Assembly: GCA_965205025.1 (NCBI GenBank)
Contig: CBDBFU010000009.1
Coordinates: 32,001-96,000 of the forward strand
Reading direction: 5' to 3'
Length of the DNA: 64,000 nucleotides
From: Candidatus Poribacteria bacterium
GTDB taxonomy: Bacteria; Poribacteria; WGA-4E; WGA-3G
Shown here: piece after piece, positions 55,751-64,000 of the stretch
How positions within the stretch are numbered: the stretch's first letter is position 1
Layout of the letters: each line of letters begins with the position of its first letter
Notes under the pieces: model-generated
Told to the model about the DNA's origin: nothing
Databases searched by the model: none
The model's input: only the letters and a program-made list of their open reading frames with translations
Translations under genes and position numbers: made by a program

Positions 55751-57145
55751 ATGGAAAATCGTTATCTTTTTTTAGATCTGCATAACATCACACGGATTGA
55801 AGGTCTATATCGTAAAATGCATCAACCCCAACGGCATCCTGAAAATCCGATATTGCAAGGTGAAAACCCATGGGAAAGTGTCGCATCACTATATGGTACC
55901 ACACTATACGATCCACAAGATTCGTTATTTAAGATGTGGTATCTCACCGGACCTTATGTTGATGGTATGGTGCAGGTTCGGGAACGTCAGGCACTTGGGA
56001 ATATCACTCTCCTTGGATATGCGACATCAACGGATGGAATTCATTGGGAAAAACCTACACTTAATCAAGTTGATTTCAATGGAAGTACAGCAAACAATCT
56101 TATTGATGTTGGACGTACAAACTGTGAAGGTATGGCTGTTCTGTATGATGAAAATGAGACAGATCCTGACCGCCGCTATAAAGGTTTTTACTGGGAACAC
56201 GGTGGAGTTGATGTATTCATCAAACATACTGATGGACGTACGTTATGGGGACAAGGAGATGGGGATGGTATGTGGATGTCCTTTTCACCGGATGGTGTTC
56301 ATTGGACTGACTATGAAGACAATCCCGTCATTCCACTTGGGAGTGATTCTACACAATCCTTGGTATGGGATCCAAATATACAAAAGTATGTCGTGTTTGG
56401 TCGATTCGGAGCTGGCGGTCGAAAAACTGCACGGGCAGAAAGTAATGACTGTATTCACTTCAGTGAACCTAAACTTGTTCTGGAATGTGATGAATTCGAT
56501 GAAGGTGGAACTCAGATTTACGGTATGCCGATAAATATCTACGAAGGTGTTTATATCGGTATGATTTGGATTTATCGTGAAGGTGTTGATGGCACTATTG
56601 ACACATCATTGGCTACCAGTCGTGATGGAATTAAATGGCAGAGAGTCTTAGATCGCCAAACTTTCCTAACGCTTGGAGAGAAAGGTAGTTGGGAGGATGG
56701 AATGGCTCGTATCAGTCAAAATTTCATCGTCTACAACGACCAGATTTACCTCTATTACGGTGGTGTGAATGGTCCTCATACAGGAAGCAAATTCAAACAG
56801 GTTGAACGAAAGTTTAAATCGATGTTAGGTCTTGCGACTTTACGGCGTGATGGATTCGTCTCACTTGATGCTGGGGCAGAAGAGGGAATGATGCTGACGA
56901 AACCGTTGACATTAGCCGGAAAAGATTTACATCTGAATGTTGATGCCAGAAAAGGTTATGTTGTCGTTGCAGTCACGGATGATCTGGGAACACCACTGGA
57001 GAATTATTTCTCAAGACCGATTGTTGTTGATTCAGTAGACACCATAGTGGAATTTGGACATTCTCTCGAATCTTTAACAGGAAGGGAAGTCAGATTACAG
57101 TTCCAACTAAGAGATGCCAGTCTCTTTTCATATTGGTTTGAATAG
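55751..57145 (+). CDS. Five-bladed beta-propeller glycoside hydrolase-like protein (GH32/43/130-like)
   Basis: Asp-box motifs STDGIHW, SPDGVHW, SRDGIKW; GLATLRRDGF; C-terminal beta-sandwich. Confidence 0.8.
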   Translation: MENRYLFLDLHNITRIEGLYRKMHQPQRHPENPILQGENPWESVASLYGTTLYDPQDSLFKMWYLTGPYVDGMVQVRERQALGNITLLGYATSTDGIHWEKPTLNQVDFNGSTANNLIDVGRTNCEGMAVLYDENETDPDRRYKGFYWEHGGVDVFIKHTDGRTLWGQGDGDGMWMSFSPDGVHWTDYEDNPVIPLGSDSTQSLVWDPNIQKYVVFGRFGAGGRKTARAESNDCIHFSEPKLVLECDEFDEGGTQIYGMPINIYEGVYIGMIWIYREGVDGTIDTSLATSRDGIKWQRVLDRQTFLTLGEKGSWEDGMARISQNFIVYNDQIYLYYGGVNGPHTGSKFKQVERKFKSMLGLATLRRDGFVSLDAGAEEGMMLTKPLTLAGKDLHLNVDARKGYVVVAVTDDLGTPLENYFSRPIVVDSVDTIVEFGHSLESLTGREVRLQFQLRDASLFSYWFE

Positions 57146-57234
57146 GTGACCAAGGAATTGATTGACATCTGACACAATCTTGTGTTACCCTTCAAATTGA
57201 CAACAGCATCTCCATTCGTCCGTAAGGTTTAACC

Positions 57235-57675
57235 ATGAAAGATAAAATTTCCGATAATACTTCACACATAGACAGTTTGCCTGAAGATAATCAAGAACCA
57301 GAAGAAATAGGCAAAATTAAACTTCTGGATGTCGTTGCGCTTACAGAAGATATCCCTGAACATAATCTTAAGCGTGGAGAAGTCGGCACAGTCGTTGAAA
57401 TCCTTGCGAACGGTGAAGCATTCGAGGTTGAATTCAGCGATGAAAATGGACAAATGTATAAGTGTACCAGTTTTCTTGCATCTCAACTCACGTTATTACA
57501 AAACAGACCGAGAAAAAAGAATGCCGCTGCACAACGTCTCATCAAAGCGATGGCAAAACTGCCGCATCTCACCGATGAAGACATTGAAGCACTGAATCAG
57601 TCAATAAAAGAGGGAAAGATACCTGTAAGTTTTGATTCACTTTTCGACCTTGATGAAGACGAAGTCAATGAATAA
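57235..57675 (+). CDS. DUF4926 domain protein with a C-terminal antitoxin-like extension
   Basis: LLDVVALTEDIPEHNLKRGEVGTVVE...FEVEFSD. Confidence 0.8.
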   Translation: MKDKISDNTSHIDSLPEDNQEPEEIGKIKLLDVVALTEDIPEHNLKRGEVGTVVEILANGEAFEVEFSDENGQMYKCTSFLASQLTLLQNRPRKKNAAAQRLIKAMAKLPHLTDEDIEALNQSIKEGKIPVSFDSLFDLDEDEVNE

Positions 57676-57805
57676 ATCAGAAAAAACAGACTTAAGATTT
57701 GCGGTAGTTGGAGAAGCTGCAGCGCAAAACCGCCGTGAATTGGGTACTTCTGTACCCGAAGAAGGTGCGGTATTTCATACTTCAACCTAAAATGGAGAAT
57801 GAGAA

Positions 57806-58483
57806 ATGAATACGATGAAAATCTTGTTTGTCGAAGATGGAAAAGGTGAACAACAGAACTTTATAAATGTCGTGGATTTTTTCAATAAAAAATACAATAT
57901 GACCGTTGAACCTGATATAGCAGAGAGCACTTCGAGTGCATTGGATAAGATAGACAGTTCATACAATGGTGCAATTATTGACATGAAACCAGGCAATGAT
58001 TATGAAAGGGGAAATGAAATTGTTCGCCAATTAGTATATCGGGATATCAAAGTCCCAATTATCTTTGTCACAACCTACCCTGACTCTATTCAGGCGCATC
58101 CATTGATTATCAAGAAACGCTGCCGTGACACCGACACTTATGAATCGGATCTTCTATTGTTTCAGGAAAGATTCAACGCGGGGCGGAATCCAAAAGAGAT
58201 AACACAAACCTATACAGCGCTTATAAGGCAGAGCGAAGAGTGGTGGATTGGGTGGATATTGGAAGTCCGAGGTGTTACATGCCAAGAACGAACAAGAAGC
58301 GAATTGTTAGATACACTGCAAATCACACTTCGTGAGATGTTAGAATTTGACAAGATGGAAGTGTGTCGTCGAACTGAAAATGAAACGGCGGAGATAAAGG
58401 CTTCTGACATTTTGGAATTCGGTGTGCCGGGAGCATTAGACCAAACTGAAAGTGGGTTTGAGGAAGTAAGAATTGATGTATGA
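57806..58483 (+). CDS. Response-regulator receiver domain fused to a HicB-type antitoxin domain
   Basis: KILFVED...AIIDM...PIIFVT (receiver); YTALIRQSEEWWIGWILEVRGVTCQERTRSELL (HicB). Confidence 0.75.
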   Translation: MNTMKILFVEDGKGEQQNFINVVDFFNKKYNMTVEPDIAESTSSALDKIDSSYNGAIIDMKPGNDYERGNEIVRQLVYRDIKVPIIFVTTYPDSIQAHPLIIKKRCRDTDTYESDLLLFQERFNAGRNPKEITQTYTALIRQSEEWWIGWILEVRGVTCQERTRSELLDTLQITLREMLEFDKMEVCRRTENETAEIKASDILEFGVPGALDQTESGFEEVRIDV

Positions 58484-58665
58484 AACGAAGGGTTTTGCTT
58501 AAGCATCTTAGAAATCACGGATGCGAATTTCTCCGAGAAGGTAGTAATCACACAATATGGTGGAATCCTGAACTGAACATCCGCGTATCAATACCGAGAC
58601 ACACCGAGATTAATAGAATTACCGCTCAGAAAATCTGCAAGGACTTGGAAATTCCGCGTCCATGA
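58480..58665 (+). CDS. hicA: HicA family toxin
   Basis: MKRRVLLKHL..HGC..LREGSNHTIW...IPRH.EI; ATGA overlap with the upstream gene. Confidence 0.9.
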   Translation: MKRRVLLKHLRNHGCEFLREGSNHTIWWNPELNIRVSIPRHTEINRITAQKICKDLEIPRP

Positions 58666-58734
58666 TCTCAACACATTCTATATTAATGTTCATTTGTGAT
58701 AAAATACACTTGCATACTTTTTCAACGGAACCTT

Positions 58735-59055
58735 ATGCCCACACTTGAATTCAAAGGAAAACAACACATCTACGCGCACCACCTCACCGTACCCTACCGA
58801 CCCCTAAAAACAGACAAATCCCGCTCCTGCAACCCAATTGAAGAAGATGACAACCTCATTATCCACGGCGACAACCTACACGCCCTCAAGGCATTACTCC
58901 CCCGCTACGCAAATCGAATCAAATGTATCTACATTGACCCGCCCTACAACACTGGCAACGAAGGATGGATTTACAACGACAACGGGAACTTACGGGGATG
59001 GGTATTATCTTCTGTCAACTCCCCGATGCTCTGCATGAAAGGTGATCCACTCTAA
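58735..59055 (+). pseudogene. Truncated type III R-M methyltransferase (Mod), N-terminus only
   Basis: MPTLEFKGK, NLIIHGDNLHALKAL, CIYIDPPYNTG; stops after ~106 aa with no SAM-binding motif I or target-recognition domain. Confidence 0.85.
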
Positions 59056-59059
59056 TATC

Positions 59060-59977
59060 TTATAATGTTTGTAATGCATTTTGGATTCGACTCTCAAGCA
59101 AACTATTACCAACATCTTGTGTTTGTCTTAATGCTATATTTAAATCATCTTTAGCATTCTTCTTATCACCCAAATATCTTTTAATTATTGCACGAGCATA
59201 GTAGGCATCTGGATAATTGTTATCATTAAGAGAAATCGCCATGTTGAAGTCTCGGATAGCTTCATCATAATTTCTGAGTCTGTTTTTAACGAGCCCGCGT
59301 TCATAGTACATTTTAGCATCTTCTGAATCTAATTCTATAGCTTTGTCAAAATCCGAAAGTGCATCTTCAGGATGCCCTAATTTTTCCTTTGCTATTCCTC
59401 TATCAAAGTATGCTTCAGCCAGATTAGGCTTTATACTGATTGCTTTATCAAAATCATAAATTGCTTCAAAATATTTCTTTAATTCTTTCTTTACATTTCC
59501 CCTGAGAAAGTATGCTGAAGCATAGTTATTTTCTTTAGCAATTGCTTTATCAAAATCTTTAATCGCTTTTTGATGTTCTCCACGTTTGCGGTTAGCAACT
59601 GCTCGGTTATAGTAAGTTGATGCGTTGTTTGGATCTAATGCTATAGCTTTATCAAAGTCCTTAATAGCTTTTTTTGGATGATTTAGTTTACCTTTAGCAA
59701 TACCTCGGTAATAGTAACCGTCTGCCTTGTTAGGATCTATATTGAGTGCTTCATTAAAATCTGTAAGTGCTTCAAAATACCTTTGGCAAGCCTCCTTTGC
59801 TCTTCCTCTGAGTATATAGGCATCAACTAATTCCGCTGAAGTAGGGTTTTGTTCAATTGCTTTATCACATAACAAAATTGTATCTTCATATCTATCTTGA
59901 TGAAATACTGTTGAACCTTTATGAAGACATCCTGCAGCGGATTCTGGCACTTCAATCGGAGTGGTAACGTTTTCCAT
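59060..59977 (-). CDS. Tetratricopeptide repeat protein (~8 TPRs)
   Basis: Repeated AY..RG..K..L.....A..DFDKAI; AAGGAGG RBS. Confidence 0.92.
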   Translation of the reverse strand: MENVTTPIEVPESAAGCLHKGSTVFHQDRYEDTILLCDKAIEQNPTSAELVDAYILRGRAKEACQRYFEALTDFNEALNIDPNKADGYYYRGIAKGKLNHPKKAIKDFDKAIALDPNNASTYYNRAVANRKRGEHQKAIKDFDKAIAKENNYASAYFLRGNVKKELKKYFEAIYDFDKAISIKPNLAEAYFDRGIAKEKLGHPEDALSDFDKAIELDSEDAKMYYERGLVKNRLRNYDEAIRDFNMAISLNDNNYPDAYYARAIIKRYLGDKKNAKDDLNIALRQTQDVGNSLLESRIQNALQTL

Positions 59978-60021
59978 TAAGAAGATCCTCCTTTAACCTG
60001 ATATTCGTACCTTATAGCGTT

Positions 60022-60097
60022 ATTGTACCTAAAATATCGGTATAGTGTCAAATCTGAAATCAAGATATTTGACAGTTGACTTTTTCTATGCTATAAC
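60022..60097. promoter_or_regulatory. Divergent sigma70 promoters for the TPR gene (-) and hicB (+)
   Basis: Minus: TTGACA-N18-TACAAT (60051-60022); plus: TTGACA-N17-TATAAC with TG (60069-60097). Confidence 0.55.
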
Positions 60098-60158
60098 ATA
60101 ATCAGAGAGGATAAACACTTCTGGAATCTAAGTTAAATATCCACAACGGAGACATCAG

Positions 60159-60482
60159 ATGAAAACGCAAGAAACCCATGATTTCAGTCATGGAGGAATC
60201 AGGAATTTAGTAGTAACAGAAGAAATATGGAAAGAAGGGAATATGTACACCGCCTATTGCCCGGAACTGGACATTGCAAGTTGTGGAAACGACATTGAAG
60301 AAGCACGCAAAAACCTGCTTGAAGTTATTGAAATTCAGTTAGAAGAAACAGCACAACTCGGAACCCTTAGAACCTTTTTAGAAGATGCGGGATATGATTT
60401 GGATACTTCACAACTCACCCTTCAACTTGACAAACAAGTCGTCTCCTTCAATCAACTTACTGTGACACTTGGAGACATATAA
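60159..60482 (+). CDS. hicB: HicB family antitoxin
   Basis: IWKEGNMYTAYCPELDIASCGNDIEEARKNLLEVI. Confidence 0.85.
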   Translation: MKTQETHDFSHGGIRNLVVTEEIWKEGNMYTAYCPELDIASCGNDIEEARKNLLEVIEIQLEETAQLGTLRTFLEDAGYDLDTSQLTLQLDKQVVSFNQLTVTLGDI

Positions 60483-60711
60483 TGCCTAAAATTTCGCCGA
60501 CAGACTGGCGAACACAAGTTAGGGTATTTGACCATTTTGGGTGTCAATTCGTTAGACAAAGGGATCACATCTCATCTATCACCATCCTGATGTCACATGT
60601 GCTGTAGTTATTCTGCGCTATGAAGAGGTCCCAGTCACCATCATCAAGAATAATATGCGAACTGTTAACCTGAGCAGAGAGGAATTTTTTGGGCTGCTCA
60701 TAGAAGTCTAA
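60482..60711 (+). pseudogene. hicA: HicA family toxin with a 1-nt deletion at ~60559; absent from the ORF track
   Basis: Restoring one base gives MPKISPTDWRTQVRVFDHFGCQFVRQKGSHLIYHHP...IIKNNMRTVNLSREEFFGLLIEV*; TAATG overlap with hicB. Confidence 0.75.
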
Positions 60712-60733
60712 ACTTGCCTATACACATATATCC

Positions 60734-63292
60734 ATGTTGGAATTAAAAGTATATCAACGCAACGCACTTGACGCTTTTAGCCGTTGGTTAGAAACACTTG
60801 AAGACACACAATATGAATTGGAAACGATGGTTGAGATGCTTAGCCAGTCATCAACAGATATTCCAATTCCCGATGAATTACGCAATTATCCGAAAGCAGC
60901 GTGGAAAAAGTTAAAAGAAAACGATGACGTTGCAGCATCTGCAGGCGAATACGTTGACCGTACAGATGACGCAAATCGACCAATTCCGCATATCTGCTTT
61001 AAAGTGCCGACAGGTGGTGGTAAAACCCTACTTGCTGCCGCTGCGTTAGAACATATCCCTTGGCAACGTGGTTTGGTATTGTGGATTGTACCGACCAAGG
61101 CTATTTACGCGCAAACAAAAGCTGCCTTGTGGAATAAGGAACATCCTTACCGAAAAATGTTGCAACGGGCAGCTGCAGGAAGAGTCAAAATGCTGGAAAA
61201 AGAGGATACCTTTAGCAGAGATGATATAGCAAACTATTTGTGCGTCATGCTACTGATGTTACCAGCAGCAAATCGTCAAAGAGGCAGGGAATTTCTACGA
61301 ATGTTTAAGGATAGTGGACGCTATCCCAGTTTTTTCCCCGATAGTGATGACATCTTTGGCGATACCTCCTTGCGAAACGAATATCCTGATCTGGAAACTG
61401 AAAATGAAGGTGGACACGTCAAACAGAGTCTATTTAACGTGTTCAAGATGTTGCGTCCTATCGTTGTTTTAGACGAGGCACATAAGGCGTATGGTGCAAG
61501 GAGGCAAGAAGCGAATGTAGAATTTGCGCGATCTATCAGCCGTCTCGACCCGCGTATGGTGATTGAACTTTCCGCGACACCGAACCGTGGCATTAGTAAT
61601 CTGCTTGTTGATATTGAAGGTCCTGACCTGAAAAAAGAGGAGATGATAAAGTTACCGGTGCAGGTAACTTCATTTCCAAACGCAGAGTGGGAATTAACGC
61701 TTGGGCAAGCAGCAGATGAACTTGAAAGGCTTAACACAGAGGCAAGGGCATTTGAGAGCAATACAGGTCGATATATCCGTCCGATTGCCGTTGTCCGTGT
61801 TGAGCGTACAGGGAAAGATCAGCGCGATAGTGATCACATTCATGCGGAAGATGTGCGGGAATATCTCACCCAAAATCTGCACGTACCATCCGATGCGGTT
61901 CGCGTCAAATCTGCCGAAAACGATGAACTTGGACGAGAAGATCTGCTTTCGGAATTTTCTAAGGTGCGTTGGATCATCACAAAATCCGCACTTATGGAAG
62001 GTTGGGATTGTCCGTTTGCATATCTACTGGTAATGCTGGATAATACGCAAGCACAAAGGGCAATTACGCAACTGGTAGGACGTGTGATGCGTCAACCACA
62101 CGCACAGCTAACTGGTAGAGAATCACTGGATCAATGCTATGTCTATTGCAACAACACCGATGTGGCTACTGTTGTTCAGCAAGTTAAACACGGGTTGGAA
62201 TCGGAAGGACTCACTGGCTTGGGTGATGAAGTCATGGGTGCGTCAGGGGCACAGCAGCAAGACGATATACAACCCAAAAAAGTGAAACGACGTCAAGAAT
62301 TTCGGAGTCAAGATATCTATCTGCCAGTTGTGCTACATAAAAATAGTGATGATTGGATCCACCTCAATTATCAGACGCATATCTTACCAAATATAGATTG
62401 GGCAGCTATTGAACCACCGGATCCAAATGCATCCACTCCTCAGAATGTAAGACGACAATCTGCTACGGTTGACGTGGGTGAAGAATTACCTGTTTTTCAT
62501 ACCGAACAAGAACCGTACGTTGAAAAGAGGGTTAGCATTGCCGACTTTGCACATCGCTTGTCGGATATTGTACCGAACCTGTGGCAAGCAGCACGCATTG
62601 CACATGAGATGAGTAAACGACTCATAGCAGAAGGTGAAACCGAGGCGGATATTTACGATAGACGTTCTTACCTTGCACATGTGTTGCGGGAACACGTAAA
62701 AAGCGAAGTTGAAAATCAAGCAGAGCAGGTCTTTCGCAGAAAACTTGAACACGGTGAAATCCGTTTTGACTTGGAAACAAAAGAACTCAATTATCGAATG
62801 GTAGATAAATATGAAATACAGGTCAGTCCTGATAATGATAACCCGCTTTTGAACAATTTTGAGCCAGTACAATTAAGCCTATTTGAACCTGTATTTGAGA
62901 AACAGTTTGATAGTGAATTGGAAAAGCAATTTGCTTACTATCTTGATGAAGAACGGGCATTGCGATGGTGGTATCGAGTAGCAGCACGCCAACGTGGCGA
63001 GTATTATTTGCAAGGATGGAAACGGGGTCGTATTTATCCTGATTTCGTAGCGATGACAAACGAAATCGCAGGCGTGACACGTGTGTTAATTTTTGATACA
63101 AAGGGTCAGCATCTCGGTGGTAACCTTGACACTGAATATAAACGTAAAGTGTTGGAAACACTTGAGGGAGCATTTAATGCTGCGGGGACTATGATTGTGC
63201 GGGATGGTTCCAGATGGAAAGGTATTTTTCAACTGGTATTCAATGATCAAGAGTTTTTGGAAATAACGGCACGTCTGAATGATGGTGGATAA
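60734..63292 (+). CDS. Type III restriction enzyme Res subunit-like SF2 helicase with C-terminal PD-(D/E)XK nuclease
   Basis: LKVYQ, KVPTGGGKT, LDEAH, ELSATP, EGWDCP, QLVGRVMR, IYPDF...IFDTKG. Confidence 0.9.
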   Translation: MLELKVYQRNALDAFSRWLETLEDTQYELETMVEMLSQSSTDIPIPDELRNYPKAAWKKLKENDDVAASAGEYVDRTDDANRPIPHICFKVPTGGGKTLLAAAALEHIPWQRGLVLWIVPTKAIYAQTKAALWNKEHPYRKMLQRAAAGRVKMLEKEDTFSRDDIANYLCVMLLMLPAANRQRGREFLRMFKDSGRYPSFFPDSDDIFGDTSLRNEYPDLETENEGGHVKQSLFNVFKMLRPIVVLDEAHKAYGARRQEANVEFARSISRLDPRMVIELSATPNRGISNLLVDIEGPDLKKEEMIKLPVQVTSFPNAEWELTLGQAADELERLNTEARAFESNTGRYIRPIAVVRVERTGKDQRDSDHIHAEDVREYLTQNLHVPSDAVRVKSAENDELGREDLLSEFSKVRWIITKSALMEGWDCPFAYLLVMLDNTQAQRAITQLVGRVMRQPHAQLTGRESLDQCYVYCNNTDVATVVQQVKHGLESEGLTGLGDEVMGASGAQQQDDIQPKKVKRRQEFRSQDIYLPVVLHKNSDDWIHLNYQTHILPNIDWAAIEPPDPNASTPQNVRRQSATVDVGEELPVFHTEQEPYVEKRVSIADFAHRLSDIVPNLWQAARIAHEMSKRLIAEGETEADIYDRRSYLAHVLREHVKSEVENQAEQVFRRKLEHGEIRFDLETKELNYRMVDKYEIQVSPDNDNPLLNNFEPVQLSLFEPVFEKQFDSELEKQFAYYLDEERALRWWYRVAARQRGEYYLQGWKRGRIYPDFVAMTNEIAGVTRVLIFDTKGQHLGGNLDTEYKRKVLETLEGAFNAAGTMIVRDGSRWKGIFQLVFNDQEFLEITARLNDGG

Positions 63293-63608
63293 CCTACAAA
63301 AATTAGTATTGTAACGTATACACATAGGAAGAGGATTAGAAAAATGATACACCAACGAATTTTTAAAGTATTCCAAGGCTGAAGCGCGGGGTAATGATCG
63401 TCCGTCCTTCAATCAATCCCAAAGAAACCATCAGACTATAAAAAAATGAAGAAAACACCCATCAATAACAACTAACATACATATATCACAAAAACAGAAA
63501 ATAATATTAACAATGCTTGTCAAACTGAAATAAAATTGTGCCATATTATAAAGTTCATTTTAATTACAAACTCACATCAATATAAACATATTACGAAAAT
63601 CATATTTT

Positions 63609-63893
63609 AACTTGACTCATATAATATATTATGTTACTATATTTATCACAATAAAAGCATGTTCTGAAAAGTTGTTATGAAACTTTCATAACAGTTATGA
63701 AAAGGAAAATCAAAATCTAACACCCTACAAACCTATACCACAACAGGGTTTAGAACACTTAAAACAAAATGAAGTATGAAAATCTAAAAAATATAAAAAA
63801 ATGACGGTTTTTCAGGTATATCTATAAACCCTTTCTGGGACTGATTTTAGACCAGATTTAATTTTGGAATTAAAAAAATGTGTTATGAAAATA
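63609..63893 (+). repeat. ~300-bp non-coding element, copy 2
   Basis: Colinear with 17368-17680; TTGACT-N17-TACTAT at 63612-63640. Confidence 0.85.
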
Positions 63894-64000
63894 AAAACAC
63901 AAGAGTTTACGCAATTTGTAATACGAAGGAAATAAAATGTATATTTGTTGTAAGGGGTCTAATTGTTTTCTATTACCGCAAACATCTTATACAATTTACA

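Noticed and set aside
55797-56534. 245-aa alternative-frame ORF inside the beta-propeller gene
   Set aside because: Same-strand off-frame shadow with no recognisable motifs
58696-58734. GTG start for the Mod fragment
   Set aside because: The family-like N-terminus begins at ATG 58735 (MPTLEFKGK)
1-64000. tRNA or rRNA genes
   Set aside because: None recognised by eye; tRNAscan-SE or Infernal would be needed to exclude them

Overview
About 40% GC bacterial chromosomal window. The gene content (ECF sigma-WD40 fusions, LamG and CBM9-like proteins ending in a TWGxxK tail, a PhyH dioxygenase, FlgD-like/dockerin surface proteins, dense REP/MITE repeats) suggests Candidatus Poribacteria; this is inference, not verified. 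Housekeeping genes: sucC, pgk, proS, sucD, panB, trpG, trpE, hisI, fumC, rpoC, rpoB. Accessory genes: carbohydrate-active proteins, an Rpn nuclease, two HicAB-type TA pairs, a truncated type III Mod gene and an intact Res gene. Main observations: (1) four membrane-anchored ECF sigma-WD40 genes with near-identical sigma4 regions, mosaic sensor parts and a shared upstream motif TGCACCC-N17-YGTCA; (2) an unannotated leader peptide containing HWHWWR, with terminator and antiterminator, upstream of hisI-trpE-trpG, consistent with a dual His/Trp attenuator; (3) a ~600-aa trigger-loop insertion in RpoC built from ~12 copies of a ~40-aa module, plus an extra N-terminal Cys4 motif; (4) a receiver-HicB fusion next to hicA; (5) a ~300-bp promoter-bearing non-coding element present twice, 46 kb apart; (6) substitutions in the RpoB rifampicin pocket. 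Many genes carry single-base frameshifts, nearly all +1 in short homopolymers, most likely sequencing error.
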